Source: Phaeosaccion multiseriatum
Taxonomy: Eukaryota; Protista; Ochrophyta, other classes
NCBI GenBank assembly: GCA_965112735.1
Contig: OZ218955.1
Coordinates: 434,001-498,000 of the forward strand
Length of the DNA stretch: 64,000 bases
Direction: 5' to 3'
The notes under the pieces: model-generated
Seen by the model: the letters and a program-made list of their open reading frames with translations, nothing else
The model's database searches: none
What the model was told of the DNA's origin: nothing
Shown: positions 1 through 11,666 of the stretch, one piece after another
Layout of the letters: each line of letters opens with the position of its first letter
Position numbering within the stretch: the stretch's first letter is position 1
Program-made: the position numbers and the translations under genes

Positions 1-267
1 GACGACGAGAAGCAACAGCAGCAGCAGAAGGGGGAGGAGGGGGGGCAGAGGATGACCGACGAGGAGGCGATGCCCCCACGCCCCTCCCCAGCGAATGAAA
101 AGTCAGTGACTCCACCCCGAAGTGCCCTCAGTGACGTGTTTCAAGATGTTGAGGACAGAGGGGGGGGTGGGGGGCAAGCGGCAGTTGGTGATACAGCAGC
201 AGTTGGTGATACAGCAGCAGCAGGAGACGGGAGTGGAGGACAAGTTGATGGGGCAAGGAGGGAGTAG
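1..267 (+). CDS. 3' end of an unknown gene (partial, low-complexity tail)
   Basis: Frame is open from base 1 (DDEKQQQQQKGEEG...) to TAG at 265-267. No recognisable domain. Contains two tandem AVGDTA units. Confidence 0.5.
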   Translation, partial: DDEKQQQQQKGEEGGQRMTDEEAMPPRPSPANEKSVTPPRSALSDVFQDVEDRGGGGGQAAVGDTAAVGDTAAAGDGSGGQVDGARRE

Positions 268-554
268 AGAGTAGAGGGAGGGGAGAGTGGGCCGGCGAAG
301 CTTCCCTCCCTCCCCCCCCCCCCGACAACCCCTCAACCCTTTTACATCGATTGGGCATGTCAACAGGGATAGCTGGCTTAGATCCGCTCCTCATATTCAT
401 TCGTAGCGTGGAGGTGATGGTGGTGGCGGATGGAGATTGCAATTGCATGCAGGGGTGGGAAGAAGCAAGCTCGTAGGTACTTGTGGAGACTGCTCTTCCT
501 CCTCCTCCTCAGAGAGGGGGACTGCTTATGCGGTCGGCCCCGTCTTAACGGCCA

Positions 555-627
555 AGTGGGGTGGGGAATTATATTGACTTAGTAAGAAGCGAGTGGAGTG
601 GGGAATTATGTTGACTTAGTAGGAAGC
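555..627. repeat. 37-bp period direct repeat, 2 copies
   Basis: agtggggtggggaattatattgacttagtaagaagc / agtggagtggggaattatgttgacttagtaggaagc. Confidence 0.85.
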
Positions 628-2234
628 ATGTGGGGTGGGGTGGGGTGGGACACCGAAAGAAAGAGAGGGCTTACGAAAGAGAGAGGTTTTTAATTAAATT
701 ACTCCCTTTCATTAGTGACTTCGGCTCCTTATCAACGTCTCACTGTGTGTGGATGTTAAGCGCCCTTCTCATGACTGTACTGAGGCACACACACACACAC
801 ACATGCAATGCACACACACACGTGTGGTGAGAGAGGGGAGGGAAAGGGGGGGGCGATGCGTTTCCCATACACCCCCAAGAAAGCAGAGCGTGCGTGTGTC
901 CAGCAGGCTGAACAAAAGCACACGCCCACACGCACAAGCACACGCACAAGCACACGCATACGCAAACACGAATCATCCATACACAAACGTAAGTAGAGAG
1001 AGAGGGAGAAAGAGGTGGAGGTAACAAGGAGAGAGCCGCATGTAACGTCTCCCTTTGCCTCTCCCTCTCCGTCCTTCGTACCAGCCAAGTGCAGGCTTAA
1101 GTCAATTAATCTGAGATGCAGCCCTTCGCGCACTCACGCACGCACTCACGCAAGTACGCATACGCACACACGCACGCACACGCACAAGCACATGGCAGCA
1201 GGCGATCGACGGCCTCTAGGCTCGCGCACGGTCAAGTCCGGTGGCGCTCAGATTCAACAGGGCCTCGTGCTGTGCTTTGGCGGCATTGTGCAGGCCGCCC
1301 CTGCCCTTGCCGTGCTCTGTAGTGGCTGCGGCAGGCGCTGGCTGCTCCTCGGGCGGTCCTGCCATTGATTGCAGACTAGACGGAGTCCTTGCTTCGGGCA
1401 ACCGAGCGGCGAATTGTTGAAGCACAGCTCACGCCCTTTTCGATACAGAGCATGTACGCCTGGCAAGGAAGGAAGAGGTCTTGCTCTATTCTCTTTCTCT
1501 CTCTCCCTCTCCTCAGTCCTCCCCTCTCAGGCTGTCTGTTTTGGCGGCAAATGAGCCCCCCCTGGATCCCCCCCCTCGGGATCGTCTCGTCCAACGCCAA
1601 TTTTCACACTCCTCCCCTCCGCACTGACCAAACTGCTGCGGAATCAGCCTCACAAACACGCTATTGCTACAGTGTGCTGAAGCTCGGACGAGCGGCGGAG
1701 GCAGGAGCTGCCCTTGACGGAGTAGTTATAGTTAGGACGGGCGGAAAGTAGAAGGACATCAAACGCACCATCCCCGCTCCGCAGCTCAGGACAGTAAGTG
1801 CTGCTGCTCCTGTGCTTCAGATAGGTCTGCCTACAGGGATTGGCTGCCTCTGCTGGGTCGCAGGCAGAGCCTTTCTTGCAAGGGCCTCTGATCCGAGACC
1901 TCCAACGCCCACTTCACGCGGGATCCGCAAGCGAAGCCACTCACCAACACCAACGCCTTCAGCCTTCAGGACGGGGCATACTGCTAGACTGTCGACAGTA
2001 AACACCGAGAGGGTTGACGCGGCCAGAAGGGAGTGAGCGAGACAGTGGAACGACTCGGGCACATCGAGAGTCGTTGCAAGCCTTCTGACATCTCTCCACC
2101 TGGCGGCGTTGCACTCTTGGACCCAAGCCACTGGACCGGGAGGAGGAGAGGTCAGCAACCGCACAAGCCAGTGGCTGCTGAGTGCTTACAAGAGCCGCCC
2201 TTTCCGATGACAGAGTAGAGCCGCCGCGCTGATC

Positions 2235-4072
2235 ATGGTGAACAAGCGTTGCTCAGCGCCAGGCTGCGGGAAGTGGGCCGTGCGTGGAGGCAAGTGCATT
2301 TCGCATGGAGGGACAGCGAAGCGCTGCTCAGCGCCAGGCTGCGAGAAGAAGGCCAAGACCGGAGGCAAGTGCGTTTCGCATGGAGGGACGAAAAAGCGCT
2401 GCTCAGCGCCAGGCTGCGAGAAGCAGGCCCAGACCGGAGGCAAGTGCATGAGCCATGGCGGGAAACAGAAACCTTGCGCCGTGCCAGGGTGTACAAAGTA
2501 CCCAAAGAAGCAAGGCGTGTGCAACGCGCACTTCAGGGAGGGAAAGACGCGTGACACCGTAGCGATAGACGCAGCAGAAGCAGGAGCAGGAGGGGGGGAG
2601 GGCGGAGAGCAGAGCCAGGCGAGTGCGAAGGCTGTCGGGGCTGCTTCCTCGACCGCTGGAGCAGCCGCGAAGGGGGGCAAGAAGAAGGCCAGCAGGAAGG
2701 CCGAGTGGGAGGACAGCGAGGAGGAGGAGGACGAGTACGACGACGACGACGATGAGGAGGAGGACGAAGAGCTGGAGGAGGAGTTGTATGACTCATCCGA
2801 GGAGGACGAGGGAGAGAGCGAGACGTCTTCCGAGTCACCAGAGGAGGAGGAGAGCGACGAGGAGGGAGAGGAGGAGGAGGAGGAGGAGGAGGAGGAGGAG
2901 GAGGAGGAGGAGGAGGAGGAGGAGGAGGAGGAGGAAAGCGGTGTGGAAGTTGGCAAGGCGGCCCCCTCCCCGCCCCGCGTCCTCGCCGCTCGGCCGTCCG
3001 GATCGATCCGCAGGTGTGCTTCTCGAAGCGCCGTCAAGGGCGCCGCATCCCCAGCTGCACGAACGCCCCCCGGCCAGGCCGGAAGGAACAAGCGTCGAGG
3101 CAGCAGCCCCTGCGAGGAGAGGCCCGTCACCAAGACGGTAGCGCGCGTCACCAACGGCAGCAGCACGGCCAAGAATGGAGTGTCTTGTTCATCTTTGATT
3201 GCTGCTGGTGGCGTGCCTGGACCTGCTCGCCCCCGTGCCGCGCCGGCGCCGAACCCCTTCACGGCCGTGATCCGAGCCATCACGAAGGAGGCGGACAGGC
3301 CCAGGCGCTGGTTTGAGCACGGATTGAGGGACCCGCCCAGGCCTAGTAGCACCTACCCGGCCTCTGAGGAGGGCGAGGAGGAGGAGGAGGAGTCATCTTC
3401 GTCATCTTCGTCATCCTCATCATCGGAGAGCGAGGAGAAGCTGGACAGCAATAGCAGCAGCAGCAGCAGCAGCAGCGAAGAGTCGGAAGAGGAGGAGGAG
3501 GAGGAGGAGGAGGAGGAGGAGGAGGAGGAGGCGGAGGAGGAGGAGGAGGAGGAGGAGGAGGAGGAGGAGGAGGAGGAGGAGGAGGAGGAGGAGGAGGAGG
3601 AGGAGGAGGAGGAGGAGGAGGAGGAGGAGGAGGAGGAGGAGGAGGAGGAGGAGGAGGAGGAGGAGGAGGAGGAGGAGGAGGAGGAGGAGGAGGAGGAGGA
3701 GGAGGAGGAGGAGGAGGAGGAGGAGGATTGGGGGGAGGAGGACGAGGAGGAGTCTGGCGAGGAGGGTGAACTCAACTTCCCCGACAGAGGAGGAACTACT
3801 CCGCTCCACCTCTGTATGGGTCGTCCCCGGCCGCTGGCGAGTGTCCTCCCGTGGAGGCCGTGGGCCGCTGCCGCGAGACGTGGCCAGAGGGGTGTCACCA
3901 ACAACGTCGTCGCGGACACCGCCTCTCAGCTCTTGGCGGAGGAGGAGCTGAGGGCCTCCGACCCCAGTGCCAGCATCGGCCAGAGCATCGGCCAGAGCAT
4001 CGCCCCGCCCTCCAAAGCCTTCCCGTCGTCGTTCTTCGACGAGCAGCAGCAGCAGTGGGTGAAAGAGAAGCC

Positions 4073-4124
<52 letters not shown>

Positions 4125-4631
4125 GGGCACCAGGATGAGCCCAGTATCACCTCCCCTAGCGCTCCCTCCAAGGGCAGCAGCGGTGATTGGTCGGATGGAG
4201 GAGAAGGAAAGGGGGCGAGAGCGGACAGCGGTGTGAGTCACTCCAGCACCGGCGACTGGGGCGACAACGGAGGCTTGCCGCCGGCATCCTTCAGCTTCGT
4301 GGAGCTCTTGAACGACGTGGCCGCCCCTCACGCTGTCGAGCACCCCAACTCGGCGACCCTCACCAACTCTCTCCCCGCCCCCGGCGTGACTGAGCTGCTA
4401 GGCCCCGAGCCCATGGACGCCAGCTCCCCGCCGGTTTCTGAACCGACCACCTACACCCACAATGACGGCACTGCTTGGGGCGCCTCTCGGGGTGATGTCC
4501 TAGGCGGTGGTGCCGTCTCTGGCTACAAGGATCAACATCATGGAGGGCCTGCTCACCCTCTCGCCCCGTCACACCAGGGGGGCACGGATGCTTCTGCCGC
4601 GCACGGAATGCTTGGTAGGGACTCACCTTAG
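2235..4631 (+). CDS. WRKY19-like zinc-finger repeat protein with long acidic (poly-E) region, putative nuclear regulator
   Basis: Single ORF of 798 aa. N-terminal four ~25-aa repeats C-x4-C-x9-C-x2-H(GG), e.g. CSAPGCEKKAKTGGKCVSHGG, typical of WRKY19-like repeats in oomycetes and algae. Poly-E and poly-Q tracts follow. Confidence 0.8.
3489..3727 (+). repeat. Coding (GAG)n microsatellite, about 79 units with one GCG interruption
   Basis: Direct reading. A second (GAG)n tract lies at about 2868-2933. Confidence 0.95.
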
Positions 4632-4731
4632 AGGCAGTGAGCATGGGTGGGCTTTCCCCCGGGGGGCTGTGGGGTTAGTTCGTGTTGGCATCGAAGAACG
4701 GAACACGAGATTTGGGCGGGTATTGGGAGGT

Positions 4732-4889
4732 GCTCATGGGTGTTGAGCTGTGGGGGTGTTGGTGCTCGTCCTTGGGAGGGGCTCATGGGTGTTGAGCTGT
4801 GGGGGTGTTGGTGCTCGTCCTTGGGAGGGGCTCATGGGTGTTGAGCTGTGGGGGTGTTGGTGCTCGTCCTTGGGAGGGGCTCATGGGTG
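4732..4889. repeat. 49-bp minisatellite, about 3.2 copies
   Basis: Unit gctcatgggtgttgagctgtgggggtgttggtgctcgtccttgggaggg starts at 4732, 4781, 4830 and partially at 4879. Confidence 0.95.
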
Positions 4890-5908
4890 GCTACCGAGAC
4901 AGACGGAAGCGGGGCAGGCAGGCAGGGGGGGGGGGGGGGCATACTCTTCTTTGGGAGGGCAGACCCCACATTTGGGCCCCGAGAGGGAGGGGAGCGGAGC
5001 TGAGCAAAGAGGGGGAGTGCGGTGTTGGGTGCTCCTACAAAACGCCTCCTTTTGACATGCCTATGCCAGTAGGGGTCAGAGGGTTGGGGAGGGAAGTGGG
5101 GGGGGGGGGGGGGGTAGAGAGGAGGGAAAGAAGAGCGAATGTACCATGCAAAGGGAAAATGAGAGACGCGAAGGTCTATAGAGCAAGGACACACCCGCGA
5201 GCAAGTCAAAAGCGGGCGTACTCGGTCACTGCACTGCACCATATTCATTAGATTAGCACTTTTTATCATTCTCGCGGAAGTATCAAGTTAGTTCACACAA
5301 GCTCTGACCGTACGTACAGTCTTTCTCTACACTCCGACCGTCCTGCGGCCGCAAGCTCCAGCCCCTCTCCCCACCCTCTGCCTGCAGCTGTTCGAACTGA
5401 CCGCTTTGCCTCACACACGCCACTCGAATGGGCAGGGCATAGACGTACGCAAACTTCACACAGGCAGCAGCCGACCTTCCTCTACACCTCCCAACTCCAA
5501 GTCAGGAGAACGTGTGGGCCTTGCTACAAGCAAGAGCGTGTGAGCCTTGCCACAAGCAACAGCACTCATCTTCCCCAGGGGACTGGACCGATTTGAGCTG
5601 TAATTGCAGTGTGTGTACGTGTGTGTGTGTATGTGTGTGTGGATACTTTGCGGTGTGCTCGTCCGATGCCCTGCTCGGGTGTGAGTCACTGACGCATACT
5701 CACCCATTGCCGAGCGCGGCCACGGTCGCCCAGCCAGCACTCGTGTGGCTACAGCGCTACTGCGATTGCTGCATTGATGCCTCACCCCAACCTGAAGCCA
5801 TTCCTCAGAGCCGCCCACGCTGCTGTCGCTGCCCTGTCAGCCACTCACTGCCGGCCTGGCGTCTTCGCTGCTCTTGGGCTTGCTGATGTCGATATTGTAG
5901 GTGATTGG

Positions 5909-8900
5909 TTAGGTCTTAAGCTTCTTGGTAGCTGCGTGGGCAAGCTTCCAAGACACCATCTCTCCGGCCCTCAGAGGTATGACTGTCTTGGAGCCGAAGG
6001 AGTAACTGGCAGGCACCTCCCATTCCTCCTTGTCCAGAGTCACGCTGCCCTCGTTGGGGGGGAGGCCGTAGAATGATGAGCCACTAAGGGGAGGGAGGGA
6101 GGGAGGGAGGAGGGAAGGAGGGAAGGAAGAAGGGGGGGAGGGAGGGAGGGAGGGAGGGAGGGAGGGAGGGAGGGAGGGAGGGAGGGAGGGAGGGAGGGAG
6201 GGAGGGAGGGAGGGAGGGAGGGAGGGAGGGAAGGAAGACGGGGGGGAGGGAGGGAAGGAAGGAAGGAAGGAGGGGGGGAGGGAGGGAAGGAGGGAGGAAA
6301 GGTCAGCAGCAGCTAATCAGCACACTATTCTTCATGATAAATCGCAAGATCTTCTTTCCTCTCTCAACCACTGCTGCCTGCACTCCTCCCCCTCCCCCTC
6401 CTTCCTCCCTCTCCTCCTCCTCCTCCTCCTCCTCCTCCTCATATCCTCTTCCTCCCCCTCCCCCTTTCTGCCAATCACTGACTTACTGTGAGCTGCAGAA
6501 GGCTGGGAACTTGTCCAGCGCTCCTGCCTCTTCAAACACCTCCGCATACATCTCCAGAGCGGCATGGCCTGTAAAGATGCCGGCACAGCCTAAGGATGGC
6601 AGTGGATGCCCGGGGGGGGGGAGAAGGAGGAGGAGGAGGAGGAGGAGGAGGAGGAGGAGGAGGAGGAGGAGGAGGAGGAGGAGGAGGAGGAGGAGGAGGA
6701 GGCGTTGTGTTTTCAGCCACAAGAACGAGCAAACGAAGTGTGTGGAACTCTCGCGTTGATAACGGCATGCCAACTTCTCAGAGACTGATGGACCCAATCA
6801 GACCCAATCAGGAACGAGAGAGGGAGAGAGAGAAAGAGCGAGAGCAGCCATGTGGTGACAGGACTTCTCGCGGTCACGACGGTTACGACACCACTCCGTA
6901 TAGAACTCTCTCTTTTCTACCCCCCCCCCCCCCCATGGGGAACTCCACCCGCCCACACACCCCGGGATCTTCCCCTCCGACCCTTCCGAGAACGTACCGC
7001 AGGCGCTGTGCTTGGTGTCGACGGAGTGCGGCGCAGTGTCCGTGCCGAGGAAGAACTTGGGGCTGCCGCTTGTTGCTGCCTTCACCAAGGCAAGGCGGTG
7101 CGACTCGCGCTTCAGGATGGGCAGGCAGTACAGGTGCGGACGGATGCCGCCCTGCCGGGGGGGGGGGGGGGATGGCAGAGGATGGCAGAGGATGGCAGAG
7201 GATGGCAGAGGAGGGCGGGTGGTGGCAGAGGATGGCAGTGGAAGGGGGGTGGGTGGGTGGGTGGGGCGGAGAGGGGACAACACACACAGAAATATCTCCT
7301 CCTCCTCCTCCTCCTCCTCCTTCTCCTCCTCTTCCTCCTCCTCCCCTCTCTCCCTCCTCCCCCCATCCACTCCTCCTTCCCCCCTCCCCCGCGCCCCTCG
7401 CACCTGAAAGATTGCGTTTCGGTTGTATAGCAGGTGCTGTGGTGTGATGGTGGCCGCAACATTGGCGGGTGCAGCCGTTACAAACGCCGCCGCCTCGGAG
7501 GTGGTAATGTGCTCCATAACGATCTTGAGGGTGGGGTGTTGGTTCACCAGCGGCCGGAAGACATTTGTGATGAACTCGGCCTCCTTGTCGAACACGTCCA
7601 CCCCGGGTGTCGTTACCTCTCCGTGGACGCACAGCACCAAGCCCTGGGGGGGAGGGGCGTGCGGAATGGTCCGAGTGAGTGCCAATCCGATACGATGCAT
7701 CGCTCCAATACACCAACAAGGAAAAATAGCGAAATGCATTCCTCTCTTGTGTCTTTCTTCTCTTCCTCTTTCTGGAAATGAGTAGTCACCCCTTCCTCCC
7801 GAAGGCACCAACTCCCCTACCTCTTCCGCCGTACCACCAACTGCCCCACCTCTTCTGCCATGGCCTGCAGAGCCGGGCCAATGTGGCTGATATCGGTCAC
7901 TCCACTGTCGCTGTTGGTGGTGGCTCCGGCGGGGTACAGCTTGCAGGCGTACACATGTCCACTGGCCTTGGCTCTCCGGATCTCCTCCGGGCTGTATGGT
8001 TGGTAGGGCAGTTGGTGGTTCAGGTTCAGTGGAGCGGCAGAGCGAGCCCGGGGTGGTTTGAGGGTGTGTACGGGCAGAGGGGAGGGGGGTGTGAAGGGGT
8101 AGATGGCAGTGGATGGGTGTACCGTAGAGAGCGCTTGGAGAGTTACACGACACAAAGAGAATAAACACGTCAACTAAAGACACTAATCGACAAAATCAAA
8201 CCAAGCAGCTATGGTCTCACTCACGTGGTTTGGTCGGTGAGGTATAGGGTCATGAGAGGGGTGAATTCCACTCCCTCCGGCACACACCCCAGGATGCGCT
8301 CTCTGTACTCCAGGGCCAGCTTAGTGGTCGTCACGGGAGGCTTCAGGTTGGGCATAGCAATCTATAGGGCAATGGAGTTGGAGGGGAAGAGAGCGCACGT
8401 AGAGAGGGAGGGAGGGAGGGAGAGAGAGAGGGGAGACAAGGCACACACAGACGGGGAGAGGGAAAGAGGCGGAGGCACGGATAGAGAGAGAGCAGGAATG
8501 AGGTTACCGAGACTGGGAGGGGACCTGAAGGTAGAGGCGGGGGGATAATTTCAGAGATCCAACAGCATCTGCCAACAGCTCCTGATGCTTCCTGTGTTGA
8601 TAGTGGTCCTCGCCTTCCATCCCATGCCTGCGTCTCCTGGCGGTGATGCTGCGGCCTGCCGGCCCTGAGAAGCCAGCTCGCACCTCCTCCCTGCCTATTA
8701 TTCCACTTACCGCTCTCCTGAAGCGGGTGGAGGCATGAGCAACCGTGTCGGCGAGCACCTCTCCGTCTCGAAAGTGGTGGTGGAAATCATCGGCTTGAGG
8801 CATAGTAATCGACATACTCCTTGCCGAGAAAGACAACAAGTCGCGCCGTAGGTGAGGCGTGAAAGAGCGGGGAGGAGGGGAGCAGCGGTGGCAGTGCAAG

Positions 8901-8914
8901 ACGCGCCGTAGCAT
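5909..8914 (-). CDS. pyrC: Dihydroorotase, stand-alone class II (E. coli PyrC / yeast Ura4 / plant type), 7 exons
   Basis: Exons 8914-8711, 8361-8225, 7991-7850, 7643-7404, 7151-6998, 6589-6487, 6083-5909, all GT-AG and phase-consistent. Motifs [57 protein letters not shown]. Confidence 0.95.
6088..6300. repeat. (GGGA)n/(GGAA)n tract in last dihydroorotase intron (polypyrimidine on the transcript)
   Basis: Direct reading. Confidence 0.9.
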
Positions 8915-9032
8915 CTACACGGCGCTATCTATCAAGGGATCAAGGGCAAGATGGGCCAATAACCATCTACTGCCATCCCCCTTTTTGGGGCCCCCACTTC
9001 CTGGTCTTGCAACACACTTGGAGGGGGCATAG
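8915..9032. promoter_or_regulatory. Putative bidirectional promoter between dihydroorotase and the PPR gene
   Basis: Only 118 nt separate the divergent ATGs. Inferred from geometry alone. Confidence 0.5.
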
Positions 9033-11366
9033 ATGCTCCCTCCTTCGGTAGCTGCTGCAGCGGCTTCCGGAATCCTCTGCAGCAGAGGAAGTAGTGGGAG
9101 CAGCAGTAGTAGCAGCAGCGGCGGCGGCTTCTTGGGCTTCTCGGGTGTGCATGACTTCGAAGCTGCCCCCAGGGCTCGCTTACCTCGACAGCAGCATCAG
9201 CCTGCTGCTGTGCCCTCGCGCAGGAGAGTGAGGGGTAGAGGCCATGTCTCGATGGCCTTTGTGGCTCAAGGTGGGGCCTTGCGGAGGCGAGAGGGCAGGG
9301 TGGGGACGGTGCGAAGGAGGAAGGCCACGCCACGTACAGCCCTAGCAGCAGCAGTAGGAGCGCCATTGACAGTCGACGACGACAGCAAGGACGGGTCAGG
9401 ACCTCGGGCTGAAGGGATGGATAGCTCCTCACAACCGCGGTCGAGGCGGCGGGGTCGCGCAGAACGGCCTGCCCTCAGTGGAGGGACGGGGCGGGAGGAA
9501 GTGGGGGCGCTGCAGGGGAGTGACAGGGACAAGTGCGATGGGTGGATTGCCACGTACGCTCGCACAGGCGACTACTTGAAGGCTTTGGCCGTGTTTAACG
9601 ACATGCGGGAGAAGGGGATTCGAGCTACGGCCAGCACCTACAATGGTCTAATACAGGCCTACGGGAATGCGAGGGAGCTTACAAAGGCCCTTCGCACACT
9701 GAGAGACATGCGTGCCGAAGGGGTTCGGCCCAACATGGACACTCTCGACGCACTCGTGGAAGCGTGTGGGAAGGCGGGCAAGTTCGAGAAAGCCCTGGAC
9801 GTGGTTGCCGAGCTCAAAAGAGGGTCGAGGGGCCGGGGGCCGGGAGACGAAGACAAGATTAGGCCCGACGCCACCACTTATAACGCCGTGACCACCGCTT
9901 GTAGCCGGGCAGGAGGCTACCACAGGGCATTGGATGGTCTCAGTGAGATGCGAGAGGAGGGCATCCAACCCTCCGCCATCACGTACAACGCGCTCATTTC
10001 GGCGTTGGCAAGTGCCGGCGAGCAGAGGCAATCGCTTGTGGTGCTGCGAGAGATGAGAAGAGACGGCTTCGGCCTGACGAATAGTACAAGAACGGCCATG
10101 ATGGCAGCCACGTACCAGGCTGGAGGGGGGGCGACGGAGGAGGAGATTGCAGAGATTCGAAGGGTGTTACTTGAAGAAGCGGGCTCGGCGAACAAGAAGA
10201 GGCGAGCAGGCGGAGGAGGAAGTAAAGGAGGGGCAGGAGGGGGAGCAGGAGGTGGGGGAGGAGGAGAAGGAGGAGCAGGGGGCTCGGGGGGACTGGTGAC
10301 GAAACGGCTTGAGCTGACGCAGGAGCTTGAGAGAGTGGGGGAGGTGCAGAACTGGCGGGAAGTTATGGATGTGCTCTCGAGGGCCAAGACTGCCGGCATA
10401 CACGTGAGCGTGGCGTGCTACAACCAAGGTCTGGTCGCTTTGGGAAGGTTCGGACGCTGGCAGGAGCTTCTCTCTCTACTTGGAGAGATGAAGAAGGAGA
10501 GCCTCCAGCCCAACGAGTCTGCCTATAGTGCCCTGATATCGGCGTTGCTGGCGGCAGGGCAGGTGGAGAGGGCACTCGCAATGCTGAGCGAGATGAGAGC
10601 CGAGGGACTCCAGCCCGACGTGGGGACACACGGCAATTTAATTGCGGCGGCCGCGGGTGGGGGTGGAGGCGGGTCCCGGTCGGACAGCAGGGACGAGAGG
10701 AGAGAAGCGACCGTGGTGGAGGGGGAGGAAGAGGAGAGTGCGAACAGGGTGGGATCCCATACCGTCACGCGCAGAGCCAGCAGTAGAAGGAGCGGCAGGT
10801 CGGGCGGGGAGGTTGACTCGGAGGGCGATGATGGGAGGATGGACGAAAGAATACTCAAGGCCCTCAACGCCGGCTCACTGGAGCCTGCGCTTGAGGCGCT
10901 GAGGGAGATGAAGGAGGCAGAGGCCACGGCTGCGGTGGCTGCTGTTGCCGCTGCTGTATCACCAACTGTTACTGATGCTGCGGGTGTACAAGAGGAGCTG
11001 ACACTGTCCGCAGCACTATCAAAACCAATACCCAGCAGCGGCGCTTCAGACCCAGCTTCTGCTTCAGATGCATCCGCAGCAGTTGGTGATACATCAGTCA
11101 AGGCAACCACCCTGCGGCGGCTGGTGGCGGCGTGTGCCCGGGAAGGACACCTGGACGACGCGTTGGAGGCATATGGGCTCATGAGAAGGCGTGGACTCCG
11201 AGCCGACCTACGCAGCTGCAACGTGCTCCTGTTGGCGCTGGGCAAGGAGGGCCGTTTCCGAGACGCCGTCTCGGTGTGGGAGGGGATGCGTCGAGAGGGT
11301 ATCAGGCCGAACGTGCTCACGTATAATGTGCTCATTACAGCATGTCGGAATGAGGGTACGGCGTAG
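9033..11366 (+). CDS. Pentatricopeptide-repeat (PPR) protein, intronless
   Basis: 777-aa ORF with multiple 35-aa PPR motifs (TYNGLIQAYGNARELTKALRTLRDMRAEGVRPN; TYNALISALASAGE; AYSALISALLAAGQVERALAMLSEMRAEGLQPD). Confidence 0.92.
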   Translation: MLPPSVAAAAASGILCSRGSSGSSSSSSSGGGFLGFSGVHDFEAAPRARLPRQQHQPAAVPSRRRVRGRGHVSMAFVAQGGALRRREGRVGTVRRRKATPRTALAAAVGAPLTVDDDSKDGSGPRAEGMDSSSQPRSRRRGRAERPALSGGTGREEVGALQGSDRDKCDGWIATYARTGDYLKALAVFNDMREKGIRATASTYNGLIQAYGNARELTKALRTLRDMRAEGVRPNMDTLDALVEACGKAGKFEKALDVVAELKRGSRGRGPGDEDKIRPDATTYNAVTTACSRAGGYHRALDGLSEMREEGIQPSAITYNALISALASAGEQRQSLVVLREMRRDGFGLTNSTRTAMMAATYQAGGGATEEEIAEIRRVLLEEAGSANKKRRAGGGGSKGGAGGGAGGGGGGEGGAGGSGGLVTKRLELTQELERVGEVQNWREVMDVLSRAKTAGIHVSVACYNQGLVALGRFGRWQELLSLLGEMKKESLQPNESAYSALISALLAAGQVERALAMLSEMRAEGLQPDVGTHGNLIAAAAGGGGGGSRSDSRDERREATVVEGEEEESANRVGSHTVTRRASSRRSGRSGGEVDSEGDDGRMDERILKALNAGSLEPALEALREMKEAEATAAVAAVAAAVSPTVTDAAGVQEELTLSAALSKPIPSSGASDPASASDASAAVGDTSVKATTLRRLVAACAREGHLDDALEAYGLMRRRGLRADLRSCNVLLLALGKEGRFRDAVSVWEGMRREGIRPNVLTYNVLITACRNEGTA

Positions 11367-11666
11367 AGCATCTGTCTGTTTCAGTCTTGCAACAGTTGGT
11401 GATATGCAGACCCACCACACCCACCCACCCAACCGCCTTCAAAGCAGGCATGATGCGACCGACTTGAGCGAGCCGCGCTGGAGGATGCGGCGAGCCAATG
11501 AGTCACACCATTAATTTAATTTGCTCAATATATTTTATACACAATCAGAGCCTCTGGAAGTGAATTGCAAGAGAGAAGAGATGCCTTTGGTGAAGTGAAT
11601 ACTATGCCTGCAGCTTCACTCGACTCTTGCCCTCGGCATGGGGCACACGCAGACACACAGCACACC

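Noticed and set aside
181-216. AVGDT as a functional peptide motif
   Set aside because: The same DNA is read as AVSPT, QLVIQ and RITN in other genes and also occurs in non-coding DNA.
2186-4343. Long antisense ORFs opposite the WRKY19-like gene and other genes
   Set aside because: These are shadow ORFs expected from high GC and trinucleotide repeats, with no recognisable domains.
5909-8914. Recent bacterial horizontal transfer of pyrC
   Set aside because: The gene has six spliceosomal introns and host-like composition, and stand-alone class II dihydroorotases are known in many eukaryotes.
10951-11095. MITE bounded by GTATCACCAAC...GTTGGTGATAC inverted repeats
   Set aside because: The interiors of the pairs at 10956 and 34064 show no visible similarity, no target-site duplication is seen, and most copies are solitary.
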